DNA from: a candidate division WOR-3 bacterium
GTDB taxonomy: Bacteria > Hydrothermota > Tepidihabitantia > SM23-42 > CAYGYG01
Length of the DNA stretch: 64,000 nucleotides
Direction of reading: 5' to 3'
NCBI GenBank assembly: GCA_965648915.1
Contig: CBFGIV010000001.1
Span: forward strand, 96,001 to 160,000
Part shown: positions 1-10,681 of the stretch, in pieces
Layout of the letters: each line of letters opens with the position of its first letter
How positions within the stretch are numbered: the stretch's first letter is position 1
The notes under the pieces: model-generated
What the model was told of the DNA's origin: nothing
The model's database searches: none
What the model saw: only the letters and a program-made list of their open reading frames with translations
Translations under genes and position numbers: made by a program

Positions 1-333
1 CTTTTATTATTGGGGCTTATATGTTTATTGCTTTGCTGTATGGAAGATGAATCATTTTATCCGGTAGAGGTAGAATTTTTAGTCACCGGCACTCAGGGGA
101 TACCATTTAATGGCACCATCGGAAACCGATCATCCACGACTTCAATTCAGGGGACTACCCCCGAATCATATTTTGTTGAATTGGAGAATGAGTTTGATAT
201 GGTCAAGGGCGAATTTCATAAAGGCACTGAGGCCGGAACATTATCAGTTGAGATTTATGTAAATAATGATTATAAGAAGGAGGCGTCGACCTGGGCGCCT
301 TATGGATCAGTTTCGATTTCTTACAGTGAATAA
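1..333 (+). CDS. Hypothetical exported protein or lipoprotein, 5'-truncated by the window edge
   Basis: Frame open from base 1; hydrophobic stretch LLLLGLICLLLCC followed by a small beta-rich domain; stop at 331-333. Confidence 0.6.
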   Translation, partial: LLLLGLICLLLCCMEDESFYPVEVEFLVTGTQGIPFNGTIGNRSSTTSIQGTTPESYFVELENEFDMVKGEFHKGTEAGTLSVEIYVNNDYKKEASTWAPYGSVSISYSE

Positions 334-354
334 AACCCGGATCACCTTTTGATA

Positions 355-382
355 TTGACTTTAAGGCATATATTGTTATTAT
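355..382 (+). promoter_or_regulatory. Sigma70-type promoter of nadE, probably leaderless
   Basis: TTGACT(355-360)-N16-TATTAT(377-382) with a TGn extension; ATG 6 nt downstream; no SD. Confidence 0.65.
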
Positions 383-388
383 TACTCT

Positions 389-1159
389 ATGTTTGATGCG
401 AAACAGACAGCCGATCGAATTGTGGTATGGTTAAGGGAACAACTTGAAGAATCGAAGGCAAAAGGTTTTGTGCTCGGTCTTTCCGGTGGCATTGACTCAT
501 CAGTAGTTGGTGTTCTTGCCCGGCGTGCCACTGATCGTGTACTTGGACTATTAATGCCCTGCGGTGGTGTGCTCCAGGATATTGATTATGCCTTGAAACT
601 GGCGCGTAAGTTTTCGATTGAGACGAAGTCGGCTGATCTGATAACTGTTTTTGATACACTGGCGGAGATATTGCCGAAGGGGAATCAGTTGGGTTATGCC
701 AATCTTAAGCCGAGATTGAGGATGATCGTCCTATATTATTATGCAAATTTGAATAACTACTTAGTCCTCGGGACATCAAATAAGACCGAGATTCTACTCG
801 GATATTTTACAAAATATGGCGATGGGGCAAGCGATCTTTGCCCTATCGGCGACCTATATAAGTATCAGGTGGTGGCACTGGCTGAGGAACTTGGTGTCCC
901 GGCGGAGATAATCAAACGCGCCCCAACGGCAGGGCTCTGGCCCGGTCAGACCGATGAGGGCGAAATTGGTTTGAGTTACGCAGTTATGGATAAAACCCTT
1001 GAATACCTTGAGACCGGTCAGGGTGAAGGTCTTGATCGGTTGGTTGTCGAGAAGATCCAGCAGATGATGAGGGCGACCGAACATAAACGTCAGATGCCCA
1101 AAATTTACAAATTAAAACCTCCCGATCCATTAAGTGATCGAGAAGAGGATAAGCGCTGA
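389..1159 (+). CDS. nadE: NH3-dependent NAD+ synthetase
   Basis: GLSGGIDSS PP-loop, NLKPRLRM, GTSNKTE, GYFTKYGDG, PTAGLWPGQTDE. Confidence 0.95.
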   Translation: MFDAKQTADRIVVWLREQLEESKAKGFVLGLSGGIDSSVVGVLARRATDRVLGLLMPCGGVLQDIDYALKLARKFSIETKSADLITVFDTLAEILPKGNQLGYANLKPRLRMIVLYYYANLNNYLVLGTSNKTEILLGYFTKYGDGASDLCPIGDLYKYQVVALAEELGVPAEIIKRAPTAGLWPGQTDEGEIGLSYAVMDKTLEYLETGQGEGLDRLVVEKIQQMMRATEHKRQMPKIYKLKPPDPLSDREEDKR

Positions 1160-3008
1160 GCTACATTTGATCCACCGTTTTTTAAAAATCTTTTTCTACT
1201 CTCTTTTTCTTATAATCTACACTCAGGCACTGGCTCAAGATGTCATAAATAATATTGCCCATTCGACAGTTGTAATAAGAGTCTTTGACCGGACCGATAG
1301 TTTGAGAGTACAGGGTAATGGTTTTTTTCTCAATGATCGTGAGGCGGTAACAAACTGGCATGTTGTGGTAGGTGCGAGTCGAGCTGAGGTTCTGACCGAT
1401 GAAGGGAAAAGTTATGCGGTAAAAAAAATTCTGGCTGAAGATAAAGAAAATGACCTTCTCCTCTTAGAGATTGATAACCCGACGGATTCCTTCATCAACC
1501 TCAAGGTTTCTTGTTTACTGCCCGAGAAGAATGAAAGAGTTAAAGTGATTGGCAGAGATCTTAAGAATCGATTGAGAGTAAATGATGGTTATGTGATTGG
1601 AATATCAGAACATTTAGATTTAGGTCAGGTTATCCAGATCTCAGCCGAGATATATCCAGGATTGAGCGGTAGCCCGGTCATTAATGAAAAAGGAGAAGTT
1701 ATTGGTGTGGCTACCTGCCGGAAAAAGGAGAAAGGAGAATGGCAATACTTTGCCACGATAGGTAATAAGATAAACAACTTAAAGAAGACCGTTGACCAGG
1801 TGCTTGCCGAGTGGAGTTCAGGGCGGGCCGGGATTGCTTTCTTTAAGGCAAAAGAATTATACGATAAAGGTTTGAATCTTATCTACAGTGAGAAATATCG
1901 AGATGCACTTACTTATCTGAAAAAGGCGATAGAGCGAGATCCAGATTTCGTTCAGGCTTATGTGGAGATTGGTTTCTGCAATGATAAACTTGGTTATAAT
2001 CAAGCCGCAATCAGGGCCTATCAAGATGCACTAAAGATTAAACCCGATTATGCTTCAGCACTTAATGGTCTGGCCCTGGCATTTATTAAAATTAAGCGCT
2101 ATCAAGATGGTGGCGAGGTTTTAAAACGATTGACAGTACTTAGACCAAATTATTATGAGGCCCACTACAACCTCGGGGTAATCAATGATAAGATAAATCG
2201 TTTAGAAGATGCAATCGCCGCTTATCAACAGGCGGTCAGAATCAAACCGGACTATTTTGAGGCATATAATGGATTGGGGATCACATATACTAAACTCGGA
2301 CGGTATCGCGAGGCGATTGAATCTTTTCACCGAGCGCTGACCATCAAACCGGGCATTCCTGAAGTCTATTATGGTCTGGGGCTGGCATACATTAAGGTGG
2401 GATCTTATGATGATGCGATTGAGGCGTTCGATAAAATCAGAGACATTAAGGATATGCGTTTTGATGTTTATAATGGATTGGGTATAGCCTATACCAATTT
2501 GAACAGGCATCAGGAGGCGATTGAATCTTTTAAGAATGCAATAAAATTAAAACCCGATCGGGCTGAGTTGTATTTTAACCTCGGTTTAAATTACGGAGGG
2601 CTCGGTCAATACGCCAAAGAGATTGAAGCCTATGAAAAAGCGATCGCAATCAATCCTAGCTTTACCGATGCCTATTTTAATCTTGCTATTACCTACAATC
2701 GCCTCGGTCGATATCAAGAAGCAATTGAATCTTTCAAACAGGTAATCCGACTTTCGCCGGGAATGGCTGAGGCTTACTATGGTCTCGGTGTAGTATACTT
2801 AAAACTCGAAAAGACGGACGAGGCTTTAGTTGCTTTTAAGAAGACGGTCCAATTGAATCCGAATCATATTAATGGACATTTTAATCTCGGTATAATCTAT
2901 TTCAATCTTGGAGATAGTCTATCGGCATGGAACCAATATGAGGTTTTGAAAAATTTAGACAAACCGATGGCTGCAGAGTTATATAATATTTTTAACTTTA
3001 AAAAATGA
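1134..3008 (+). CDS. Exported trypsin-like serine protease with C-terminal TPR array (start uncertain)
   Basis: Hydrophobic N-terminus; triad motifs VTNWHVV, DLLLL, PGLSGSPV; about 10 TPRs of the AYYNLG type. Confidence 0.85.
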   Translation: MIEKRISAELHLIHRFLKIFFYSLFLIIYTQALAQDVINNIAHSTVVIRVFDRTDSLRVQGNGFFLNDREAVTNWHVVVGASRAEVLTDEGKSYAVKKILAEDKENDLLLLEIDNPTDSFINLKVSCLLPEKNERVKVIGRDLKNRLRVNDGYVIGISEHLDLGQVIQISAEIYPGLSGSPVINEKGEVIGVATCRKKEKGEWQYFATIGNKINNLKKTVDQVLAEWSSGRAGIAFFKAKELYDKGLNLIYSEKYRDALTYLKKAIERDPDFVQAYVEIGFCNDKLGYNQAAIRAYQDALKIKPDYASALNGLALAFIKIKRYQDGGEVLKRLTVLRPNYYEAHYNLGVINDKINRLEDAIAAYQQAVRIKPDYFEAYNGLGITYTKLGRYREAIESFHRALTIKPGIPEVYYGLGLAYIKVGSYDDAIEAFDKIRDIKDMRFDVYNGLGIAYTNLNRHQEAIESFKNAIKLKPDRAELYFNLGLNYGGLGQYAKEIEAYEKAIAINPSFTDAYFNLAITYNRLGRYQEAIESFKQVIRLSPGMAEAYYGLGVVYLKLEKTDEALVAFKKTVQLNPNHINGHFNLGIIYFNLGDSLSAWNQYEVLKNLDKPMAAELYNIFNFKK

Positions 3009-3072
3009 AAGACACTTCAAGGAATTTTTTAACAAATTTCCTGTATAATTATTTGACGATAAAGGAGCAAAG

Positions 3073-5334
3073 ATGACAAATAGATTGATATCTTTAATTC
3101 TGCCGATTGTTCTTTTCTTAATATTGCCTGATAGGATCGTTCCGGCAGCCCAGCCCGGGGAAGGTGATAGGGAAGGACTTTCGCCCTATTTCCTGGTTGA
3201 AGGTGATCCAAAGGTGGAAAGATTCCCACTTCTGAAAAATGATGTAAAAGTCAATATCGCGGGAGTTGTGGCAGAGATTGAATTGACCCAGGTATATAAA
3301 AATGATGGCCGAAAGACGATCGAGGCAGTCTATGTATTTCCTCTCGGTACAAAGTCGGCAATTCACGCAATGACCATGAAAATCGGCAAAAGAATAATCG
3401 AAGCCGAAATTGAAGAAAGAATGAAGGCGCAGAAGATTTATGAGCAAGCAAAAGAGAAAGGTAAAGTTGCCTCACTCCTTGAAAAGAAGAGGCCCAATGT
3501 TTTTCAAATGAAGGTTGCCAATATAATGCCGGGTGATGTGATCGAAGTGGTTGTTAAATATACTGAGATGCTGGTGCCGGAAAAAGGGATCTATGAATGG
3601 GTTTTCCCGACGGTGGTCGGACCACGTTATACGGGTGAGTCTAATCCAGAAGATATTAAAGGAAAGGATAACTGGCTGGTGTCACCCTATCTTCATGAAG
3701 GCGAAGAAGTGCCCTATGAATTTGACATAAATATAAATGTTAACTCGGGGATATCTTTGGCTGATGTCTGGGTAACCTCACATAAGGTAAAGATTAACAA
3801 AACCGGTAACAAAGCCCAGATTGCTCTCGCGGAGGAAGAAAAGCGAAGAGGAAATCGCGATTTCGTTCTCAGGTATAACCTGGAAGGTAATGTGATTAAT
3901 ACCGGACTACTCCTCTATCCTGACCAGGATGAGAAATTTTTCCTTTTGATGCTCGAACCACCGGACAAGATTAATATTAATATGGTGCCGCCCCGTGAAT
4001 ATGTCTTTATCGTTGATGTCTCCGGTTCGATGCATGGTTTCCCTCTTGAGGTTTCAAAGGCTTTAATCAAAAAGATAATTATTGGTTTGAGAAGTAAGGA
4101 TTACTTCAATATACTATTTTTTGCTGGCAGTTCCCAGGTTCTATCTGATCGGCCATTGCCAGCCACCGAAGAGAATAAGAGGAAGGCAATAGAGATGTTG
4201 ATGGCCCAGAGCGGTGGGGGCGGGACTGAGATCCTCGATGCTTTCAAAAGAGCGCTGGCTTTGCCAAAGAAGAAAGGGCTCTCCCGTATTATCGTAACCG
4301 CTACCGATGGTTATGTTTCGGTAGAAAAAGGAGTTTTTGACTTGATGCGCGACAATCTCGATCAGGCAAACTTCTTTGCCTTTGGCATCGGCACCGGCGT
4401 CAATCGTTATTTAATCGAAGGTATCGCAAGGATTGGTAAAGGCGAGCCGTTTGTGGTAACTGATGAAAAAGAGGCTGAACAGGCCGCAGAGAAGTTTATC
4501 AGTTACATTGAGAGCCCTCTGCTCACCGATATAAAAGTCACCTTTGAAGATTTTGATGCCTATGAAGTTGAGCCGATTGCCATGCCTGATCTTTTCGCTG
4601 AACGACCTCTGATTCTGTTCGGGAAATATAAAAATGCCTCGGGTGAGATTAAGGTTGTTGGTAGAACACCCCGGGGTGACTATGTAAAGAAGATCGAGGT
4701 CACAGCATCTTGCGAAGATAATCAGAACCGAGCCCTGAAATACCTCTGGGCACGGGAGCGCATTGCCCGGCTTGCTGATTATGGAAGGGTTGGCGTCGAT
4801 GTAAAGGAGGAGGTAACAAAGCTGGGCTTAAAATACCACCTGATGACTGAATACACCTCATTCGTGGCAGTTGATAAGGTTGTTCGTGAGACCGGCGAGA
4901 TTGTCACTGTTAAACAGCCTTTACCTCTGCCTCAGGGGGTCAGCGATTATGCAGTGGTTGCTGGTCTCACTATGCAGCGCGCCTTACCAATGGCCACAGA
5001 AGAAATAACCACTGCAGGTAAGCCTGACCGGACAAAACAGTTGGCTCAGCTCTATGTAGCCGGTGGTTCGGTGCCGGCTGGTGTCAGTCTTGACGATATT
5101 AAGAAGGCGATTACCAGTCAGATACAAAGCAGATTGGAAGAATCTTTTAAGAAGTGGAAATTAGAAAAAGCGACCGTTGTACTTAAAGTGGTAAATGGCA
5201 AGGTCGAGTCACTAAAGGTTAAGGAATTTAAAGGTAAAAAGTGTATTGGTTCGGTCTTAGAGATGATATTCAAGAGACTCCGATTGCCCGCCTCAATCAA
5301 AGGCACCATTGAGGTGGTATTAGTATATCATTAA
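3073..5334 (+). CDS. Exported VIT + VWA domain protein (inter-alpha-trypsin inhibitor-like)
   Basis: SD AAGGAG; signal peptide; VIT motif EAVYVFPLG; MIDAS DVSGSM, GGGTE, TDG; TEYTSFVAVD. Confidence 0.9.
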   Translation: MTNRLISLILPIVLFLILPDRIVPAAQPGEGDREGLSPYFLVEGDPKVERFPLLKNDVKVNIAGVVAEIELTQVYKNDGRKTIEAVYVFPLGTKSAIHAMTMKIGKRIIEAEIEERMKAQKIYEQAKEKGKVASLLEKKRPNVFQMKVANIMPGDVIEVVVKYTEMLVPEKGIYEWVFPTVVGPRYTGESNPEDIKGKDNWLVSPYLHEGEEVPYEFDININVNSGISLADVWVTSHKVKINKTGNKAQIALAEEEKRRGNRDFVLRYNLEGNVINTGLLLYPDQDEKFFLLMLEPPDKININMVPPREYVFIVDVSGSMHGFPLEVSKALIKKIIIGLRSKDYFNILFFAGSSQVLSDRPLPATEENKRKAIEMLMAQSGGGGTEILDAFKRALALPKKKGLSRIIVTATDGYVSVEKGVFDLMRDNLDQANFFAFGIGTGVNRYLIEGIARIGKGEPFVVTDEKEAEQAAEKFISYIESPLLTDIKVTFEDFDAYEVEPIAMPDLFAERPLILFGKYKNASGEIKVVGRTPRGDYVKKIEVTASCEDNQNRALKYLWARERIARLADYGRVGVDVKEEVTKLGLKYHLMTEYTSFVAVDKVVRETGEIVTVKQPLPLPQGVSDYAVVAGLTMQRALPMATEEITTAGKPDRTKQLAQLYVAGGSVPAGVSLDDIKKAITSQIQSRLEESFKKWKLEKATVVLKVVNGKVESLKVKEFKGKKCIGSVLEMIFKRLRLPASIKGTIEVVLVYH

Positions 5335-5359
5335 GATATTGTGGTACATACTGATGATT

Positions 5360-5394
5360 GAGTCCCGGGGATTTATTCCCCGGACTCTTTTTTT
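5360..5394 (+). terminator. Rho-independent terminator after the VIT gene, overlapping the 3' end of the convergent gene
   Basis: GAGTCC(C)GGGGA-tttat-TCCCCGGACTC followed by a T-run. Confidence 0.75.
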
Positions 5395-6644
5395 CCGGTC
5401 ATTCCTGTAATGTTGAAATCATCGATTAATAGATGGGGGAAACGGCCAAATTCATAGAGGGAGAGTTTATCGCCAACCCGGACAATCTTCTTCAATAGTT
5501 CGGGCAGGGCAATCTGGAATCTGAGATTTTTTACCGCCGGACCGATCCGGCCATTTTCTATCAAAAATGTGCCGTCACGAGTCATTCCGGTCAGGATACC
5601 TTCTTTCCAGGAGATAACCCTTATGTACCAGAACCTCTTTATCAAAAGGCCATATTCGGTCTCACCGAGCATCTTCTCAAAACTTGTTTCACCAGGGGCA
5701 AGGGTTATTGAAAAGGGAAAACCACCGAAAGGTGATATGAGTTCATAAGCATTACCAGTAGATTTTGTTCCAATCTTATGAGCGGAATAGGAGTCATAGA
5801 CAACATTCTTCAAGACACCCTTTTCAATGAGTATTGTCTTCCGCCTTGCCACGCCTTCAACATCAATCCCCAGATTGGGCAGACCAGTAATAGGCTCATC
5901 ATATAATGTGATGAGGGGTGAGGCAACTTCCTGGTTGAGCCGGCCCGCAAAGCAAGAGCGCCCTTCATAATACATCAGGCCGCTGAAACCTAACCAGGAG
6001 AGGAAACCAAAGAGGTCGTGAACTGCCATCGGTTCAAGGATGACACGGTATTTTTTGGGCTCAATCATAACTGGTTTTATATTTTTCATGGCAGTTTCGA
6101 TTGCCCGGTTAGTAAGATCAGTGATATTTAAGAGACTCAGGTCAAACGAAGTTGCGGTTGAATAGCCGGTGCCTTCACCGGTGACGGTTAATGAAAATTC
6201 AGCCATAGTTGCCTGGTCTCGAACATTGACACCGAGTGAATTACTGATCTCCATCTCATAAAATCCTGTACTCAAGTATCCGGCGGTCTGTAGTCTCTTT
6301 TTGTTACATAACTCAATGACCTCTTTTACTATTTCGGCCCGGTGCATAGGTTTAGTCTGAGCCGTTGATGGGGAATAGCTTCCGCGGTATTCTGGAACAC
6401 CAGCCTCTTCGTTATCGACGAGTGAGACAAAATCGGGATTCTCCATCGAATTTTGAGCAATGTGTTTTGCGGTTTCGATGTCGATCTCTTTACCGATTGA
6501 TGACAGGACACCAATTCTTTTTCCGGCGGCATAAAGAATCTTTGTCTCGACTTCGTCCATGGTAACATTCTGATGAATGGTTGAATTGGCGAATCTGGTT
6601 AAGTCGACTTTCTGCCTTATCTTAGAAATTTGGTACTGATTCAT
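5373..6644 (-). CDS. TldD/PmbA family protein (PmbA/TldE-like partner)
   Basis: TRFANSTIHQN, VILEPMAV, STGNA, TGMTRDGTFLIENG; TAATG-coupled to the tldD-like gene. Confidence 0.88.
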   Translation of the reverse strand: MNQYQISKIRQKVDLTRFANSTIHQNVTMDEVETKILYAAGKRIGVLSSIGKEIDIETAKHIAQNSMENPDFVSLVDNEEAGVPEYRGSYSPSTAQTKPMHRAEIVKEVIELCNKKRLQTAGYLSTGFYEMEISNSLGVNVRDQATMAEFSLTVTGEGTGYSTATSFDLSLLNITDLTNRAIETAMKNIKPVMIEPKKYRVILEPMAVHDLFGFLSWLGFSGLMYYEGRSCFAGRLNQEVASPLITLYDEPITGLPNLGIDVEGVARRKTILIEKGVLKNVVYDSYSAHKIGTKSTGNAYELISPFGGFPFSITLAPGETSFEKMLGETEYGLLIKRFWYIRVISWKEGILTGMTRDGTFLIENGRIGPAVKNLRFQIALPELLKKIVRVGDKLSLYEFGRFPHLLIDDFNITGMTGKKESGE

Positions 6645-8071
6645 TATACCCCCAGTTTTACATTTTTAAATCGGACCGGCGGCGCACCATGCCCCACCTT
6701 CATTACCTGCTGGGGTTCTCCTTTGCCACAGCTCGGTAGGCCATAAAGAACCCATGACTCCTTGCCACCGACAAAATCACAACTTTGCCAGTAATCGGTG
6801 GTAATACCTGAAACCACAGGGTTTCTAATCATTTCAATCTTTTTACCATTCTTGATGCGCCAGCCGATTTCGGTGCCCAAACTGAAATTTAATCTGCGAT
6901 CGTCAATCGAGACCGATTTGAATCCATCAAGTAGATAACCGTCGGTATCGGACATAATCTCCTCGAGTGTTCCCTTTCCCGGCTCCAGATTGATATTGGT
7001 CATCCGGACCAGAGGGATATGACACCATCTTTCCGCCCGCATTGTTCCATTTGATCCTTGTTGAAGGATAACGCTGGTTTCCCGGGAACTTTGATAGCCA
7101 GTAAAGATGCCGTCTTTGATCAGTTCTGTCCTCTGGCCTGGTATACCTTCGTCGTCAAACCAGAAAGAACCAATGCCCTTGGGAACTGTTGCATCGGCGA
7201 CAATCGTAATCAATTCAGAGCCGAATTTGAATTTATTTAATTTATCAATAGTTAAATGTGAAGTTCCGGCAAAATTGGCTTCGGTCCCAAGGACGCGGTC
7301 AAGTTCAGTTGGATGACCAACCGATTCATGAATAAAGATTGCGACCGCAGCCGGGGCAAGGATCAGATCGGTGAACTCATTAGGACAGGGTTTGGCGTCA
7401 AGCAGGGCAACCGCTTCTTCGCCAATCCGTTCACACTGGCCAAGCGGATTGAGTTCCTCAATCAATTCCCATCCACAATTTAAGCCCTGACCCATTAATT
7501 CAGGATAAGTTCGCCACTGCATCTCATTCCCCCTGATTGCAGTAGCCCGGATCAAAAACCAGATTCCAATAAAATTCTGCTCGATGTCCGAACCTTCACT
7601 ATCAGCATAACACTTACGTTCCCGCCAGGCATTGAGCCAGCATTCACTGATGTTGATCCCTTTAACCGACCTTATTAATCGGTCACATTCTATGAGATAA
7701 CCAATTTTTTCTTCAATTGTTAGGTTAAATGGATTCTTCTTAACCTGATTTATAAATTTACCTGAGGTTGGTTTTTTCTCTGAAAGTAAAACATCTTTTA
7801 TTTTGGTTAAAGCCGAGGCCCGGGCAACTTCAGCCGCGGTCAGGACCGTTGTTGTTATTGCTTGCTGATCGTCCTTAGAGGTTGCGGCAAATCCCCATGC
7901 ACCATCGGCAATACAACGAATCCCGATACCGGAATCGATCTTTCTGTTTATTTTTTCAACTTTACCATTTTTGATGATTATCTCTTCTTTCTCATATTCG
8001 ATATATCTGAGATCGGCATAAGTAACGAATTTAGGCAAGGCATTGAGACCGATCCGCAATCGCTCATCCAC
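6644..8071 (-). CDS. tldD: TldD-family metalloprotease
   Basis: HESVGHPTELDR, DDEG, RMTNINLEPG, CGKGEP; GTG start at 8071 after AAGGAGG, rather than 8092. Confidence 0.88.
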   Translation of the reverse strand: MDERLRIGLNALPKFVTYADLRYIEYEKEEIIIKNGKVEKINRKIDSGIGIRCIADGAWGFAATSKDDQQAITTTVLTAAEVARASALTKIKDVLLSEKKPTSGKFINQVKKNPFNLTIEEKIGYLIECDRLIRSVKGINISECWLNAWRERKCYADSEGSDIEQNFIGIWFLIRATAIRGNEMQWRTYPELMGQGLNCGWELIEELNPLGQCERIGEEAVALLDAKPCPNEFTDLILAPAAVAIFIHESVGHPTELDRVLGTEANFAGTSHLTIDKLNKFKFGSELITIVADATVPKGIGSFWFDDEGIPGQRTELIKDGIFTGYQSSRETSVILQQGSNGTMRAERWCHIPLVRMTNINLEPGKGTLEEIMSDTDGYLLDGFKSVSIDDRRLNFSLGTEIGWRIKNGKKIEMIRNPVVSGITTDYWQSCDFVGGKESWVLYGLPSCGKGEPQQVMKVGHGAPPVRFKNVKLGV

Positions 8072-8097
8072 ATTACCTCCTTGGGTTGGCAAAAATA

Positions 8098-8125
8098 ATT
8101 ATATGTAAAACAGAAGATAGATCAA
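8098..8125 (-). promoter_or_regulatory. Sigma70-type promoter of tldD-pmbA
   Basis: Minus strand TTGATC-N16-TATAAT. Confidence 0.6.
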
Positions 8126-8140
8126 GAACTAACACGGAAT

Positions 8141-8575
8141 CTAATACTTTTCCCAGAACTCTATATCCCCTTTGATAATCCGAAAGATTGGATGGGCTTT
8201 GATTCTGTTTAATTTGGTCTTCTTGATTATCCGGTAGTATTCCGGACTTCGGGTCATTAATTTTTTTGTTAGATGTTTGAATTCATAGACAAGTTGACCG
8301 GTCGTAACGGAGATCATCAGTTTTTTTGTTGTTAAACAAATCTTGTTTTTATCGAAATTATAGTTGCGTCTGCGGGCTTCATAGTAAACAAAAGTAAGAT
8401 AGGCGTTAATGGCAGCGACGGGATATTTGTGGTTCCTGAATCTTATCAACTGGGGATGGGTCTTAAACCCCATAGTTTTTCCCGCCAGGACATTTTTTGC
8501 CAGCAGACCTTCACGCCAGACCACAACCAACCCTTTACCATCCAGGTATGACGGATCTAATGACCACAGTCTCAT
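8141..8575 (-). CDS. Pyrimidine dimer DNA glycosylase / endonuclease V-like family protein
   Basis: N-terminus MRLWSLDPSYLDGKGLVVVWREGLLAK...HPQLIRF is typical of this family. Confidence 0.8.
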   Translation of the reverse strand: MRLWSLDPSYLDGKGLVVVWREGLLAKNVLAGKTMGFKTHPQLIRFRNHKYPVAAINAYLTFVYYEARRRNYNFDKNKICLTTKKLMISVTTGQLVYEFKHLTKKLMTRSPEYYRIIKKTKLNRIKAHPIFRIIKGDIEFWEKY

Positions 8576-8683
8576 TCTAAGTCGCCTTCAGGCCATTTCC
8601 GGTTTCTAATTTTGTTCAATGTTTACCTCTTTCTTAATTTATCGATAAAGCGAAAAATAGTAATGAGGGGATCAGATTTATCA

Positions 8684-10681
8684 TTACGGCAGGAGAAATC
8701 CCAGCGTTCCCCGGCCGACTGATATCTCCGGTATCGCTTTTATTCTGATCATAAAATCATAAACCCATTCTGAACCGAGACTGTTGAAATTAAAAATCCC
8801 TTCCCAGCAATGAAGATCGCGGGCAAGACTGAGAGAACGACTGGCAATTTCATTTTTAGTGACATTATATGAAGTTGCCAGTGCCACCGACCATTTTGGT
8901 GTTGGCTTAAAACTGAGTTGCCCGGTGACGACATAATCACCATCACGGACATAGGTCTGGCCAATAGTCAATGATAGGTCTCTGATTTTTATCTGGAATG
9001 AATTGTCGATATTGTAGGTATATTCATATGTGTAAGGATATAGCGATGCCCCGATTCTTAATGCGAAAGAGGTGCAGGGAGGAGGAAAGAAGTTATAACG
9101 GGTATCAAAACTCAGCCCAACCGGATTGAGCGAATCGGTTTTTAAATTATAACCGGACATCAGGTTAAGACCGAAGAGACGATTTTTTGTTTTCTGCTCA
9201 CCAATCTTGGCTTCAAATTCATTACTGATGCCGAAATCGATATTATTGATATACGAATAACTGGCAATCCCGGCTACCTGATAAAACCGAGAAAAGTCGT
9301 AGTCTGGTGTATAATGGTAAGTCATCGAAGGTGTAATTTTGTGAAGAATACTATGAAGGTTAAGACCTTCAAAGGCAAAGACCCGATAGAGGTTAGAAGA
9401 GATGCCGGTTGAAAATGACCAGGCAAAACGGCCGGGCCAGCGGTTGCCGATTCGATCTTTATTAAAAAGTGCATAGTCAAGGGTTATACCGGGTGTAATA
9501 GTAAAGAGCCCGAAAAGATTACGACTTAAGGAGGGTGAAGAATTTACTCCCAGAGCCGAATACTCACTCACAGTGTCCTGCCATGTGGTTCGCTGCCGGA
9601 CTGCAGTCCCATTAATATTTGAGGAGATAATTCCGAAGAGACTGTAAGGGGTTGTTGTGATTGTGTAGTACGGCAGCCGTTCATCAATTTTGTCAGCTTC
9701 AAAATCCTGATGGCGATAAGCGTGAATTGAGTTAAAGCCAAAGGGTAGTTGCCGGGAGATCGAAATATTTGAGGTTGCTTCTTTTTTAAGCCACAGTTCT
9801 CTTTCTACCGAATAATCCGGGATATAATATTTATCGCTGGCGAAGTCGAGGTTGGCAGACATCGTTGTGCCGAAAAAAAACCTTTCGCTCGATGATCTTC
9901 CCTGGACCGCATACCGCTTGATCTTCGTATCCGTCTCTTTGATATAGGATGCGCTGAAGTTCCCGGCAGTATGGGGTTTGTAAGCCCAAACCCCTTCGAT
10001 CTGCGGTTTAATGCCTTTCTTTTCCATTGCATCAATCATAAAAGTCAAATCTGAATGGTCATTCACAACCCAGTAATAGGCAAACTGTTTAATATACTTG
10101 CCTTCAGTGCTTGAACGACCGACCTTGAATGGGAGAAGGCCGGATTTCCTTTCGCGGGCGATGGGCACAAACCAGAAAGGTGCGAAGACCAAGGGTATTC
10201 CACGGACGGTAAGAAATATTGGTTCGGCAATGACCATATCATTAAGGAATACTTTCATCTTCGGTGAATAGAAGTAATAGTGGGGAATAGATTCATCACA
10301 GGTGGTATAGCGACCGTGCTCGACATTAAAGGTCTGTTCCTCAACCCAGAAGACTTTCTCTCCATAGAAGAATCCCTTTTCGATTCTCGATTTCCCGTTC
10401 TGCATCATTGCCTTCTTATTTTTTATATTGTAACGGAGATAGGTCCCATAAATGGTATCTTTATTCTGACTAAGGACAGGATGAGGATAGGCCTCGAGGG
10501 TATTATTTTTGAGATTATAAATTACCGTATCGGCCTCAAGCACAATGTTGCCGTAGTCGATTCGAGCACTATCGTAGATAAATACTCTTTCACTATCCAA
10601 TGCATAGATGATCTGGTTACCCTGGTAGTTGATAATCTGAAAAGAGTCAATCTGGAAGAAGAGATAAAAAATAAGGAGCAT
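8684..10681 (-). CDS. lptD: LptD-like LPS-assembly outer-membrane protein
   Basis: OstA-like N-terminus, YTTCD..PHY, RKSGLL, beta-barrel-like C-terminus with RDLHCWE. Confidence 0.75.
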   Translation of the reverse strand: MLLIFYLFFQIDSFQIINYQGNQIIYALDSERVFIYDSARIDYGNIVLEADTVIYNLKNNTLEAYPHPVLSQNKDTIYGTYLRYNIKNKKAMMQNGKSRIEKGFFYGEKVFWVEEQTFNVEHGRYTTCDESIPHYYFYSPKMKVFLNDMVIAEPIFLTVRGIPLVFAPFWFVPIARERKSGLLPFKVGRSSTEGKYIKQFAYYWVVNDHSDLTFMIDAMEKKGIKPQIEGVWAYKPHTAGNFSASYIKETDTKIKRYAVQGRSSSERFFFGTTMSANLDFASDKYYIPDYSVERELWLKKEATSNISISRQLPFGFNSIHAYRHQDFEADKIDERLPYYTITTTPYSLFGIISSNINGTAVRQRTTWQDTVSEYSALGVNSSPSLSRNLFGLFTITPGITLDYALFNKDRIGNRWPGRFAWSFSTGISSNLYRVFAFEGLNLHSILHKITPSMTYHYTPDYDFSRFYQVAGIASYSYINNIDFGISNEFEAKIGEQKTKNRLFGLNLMSGYNLKTDSLNPVGLSFDTRYNFFPPPCTSFALRIGASLYPYTYEYTYNIDNSFQIKIRDLSLTIGQTYVRDGDYVVTGQLSFKPTPKWSVALATSYNVTKNEIASRSLSLARDLHCWEGIFNFNSLGSEWVYDFMIRIKAIPEISVGRGTLGFLLP

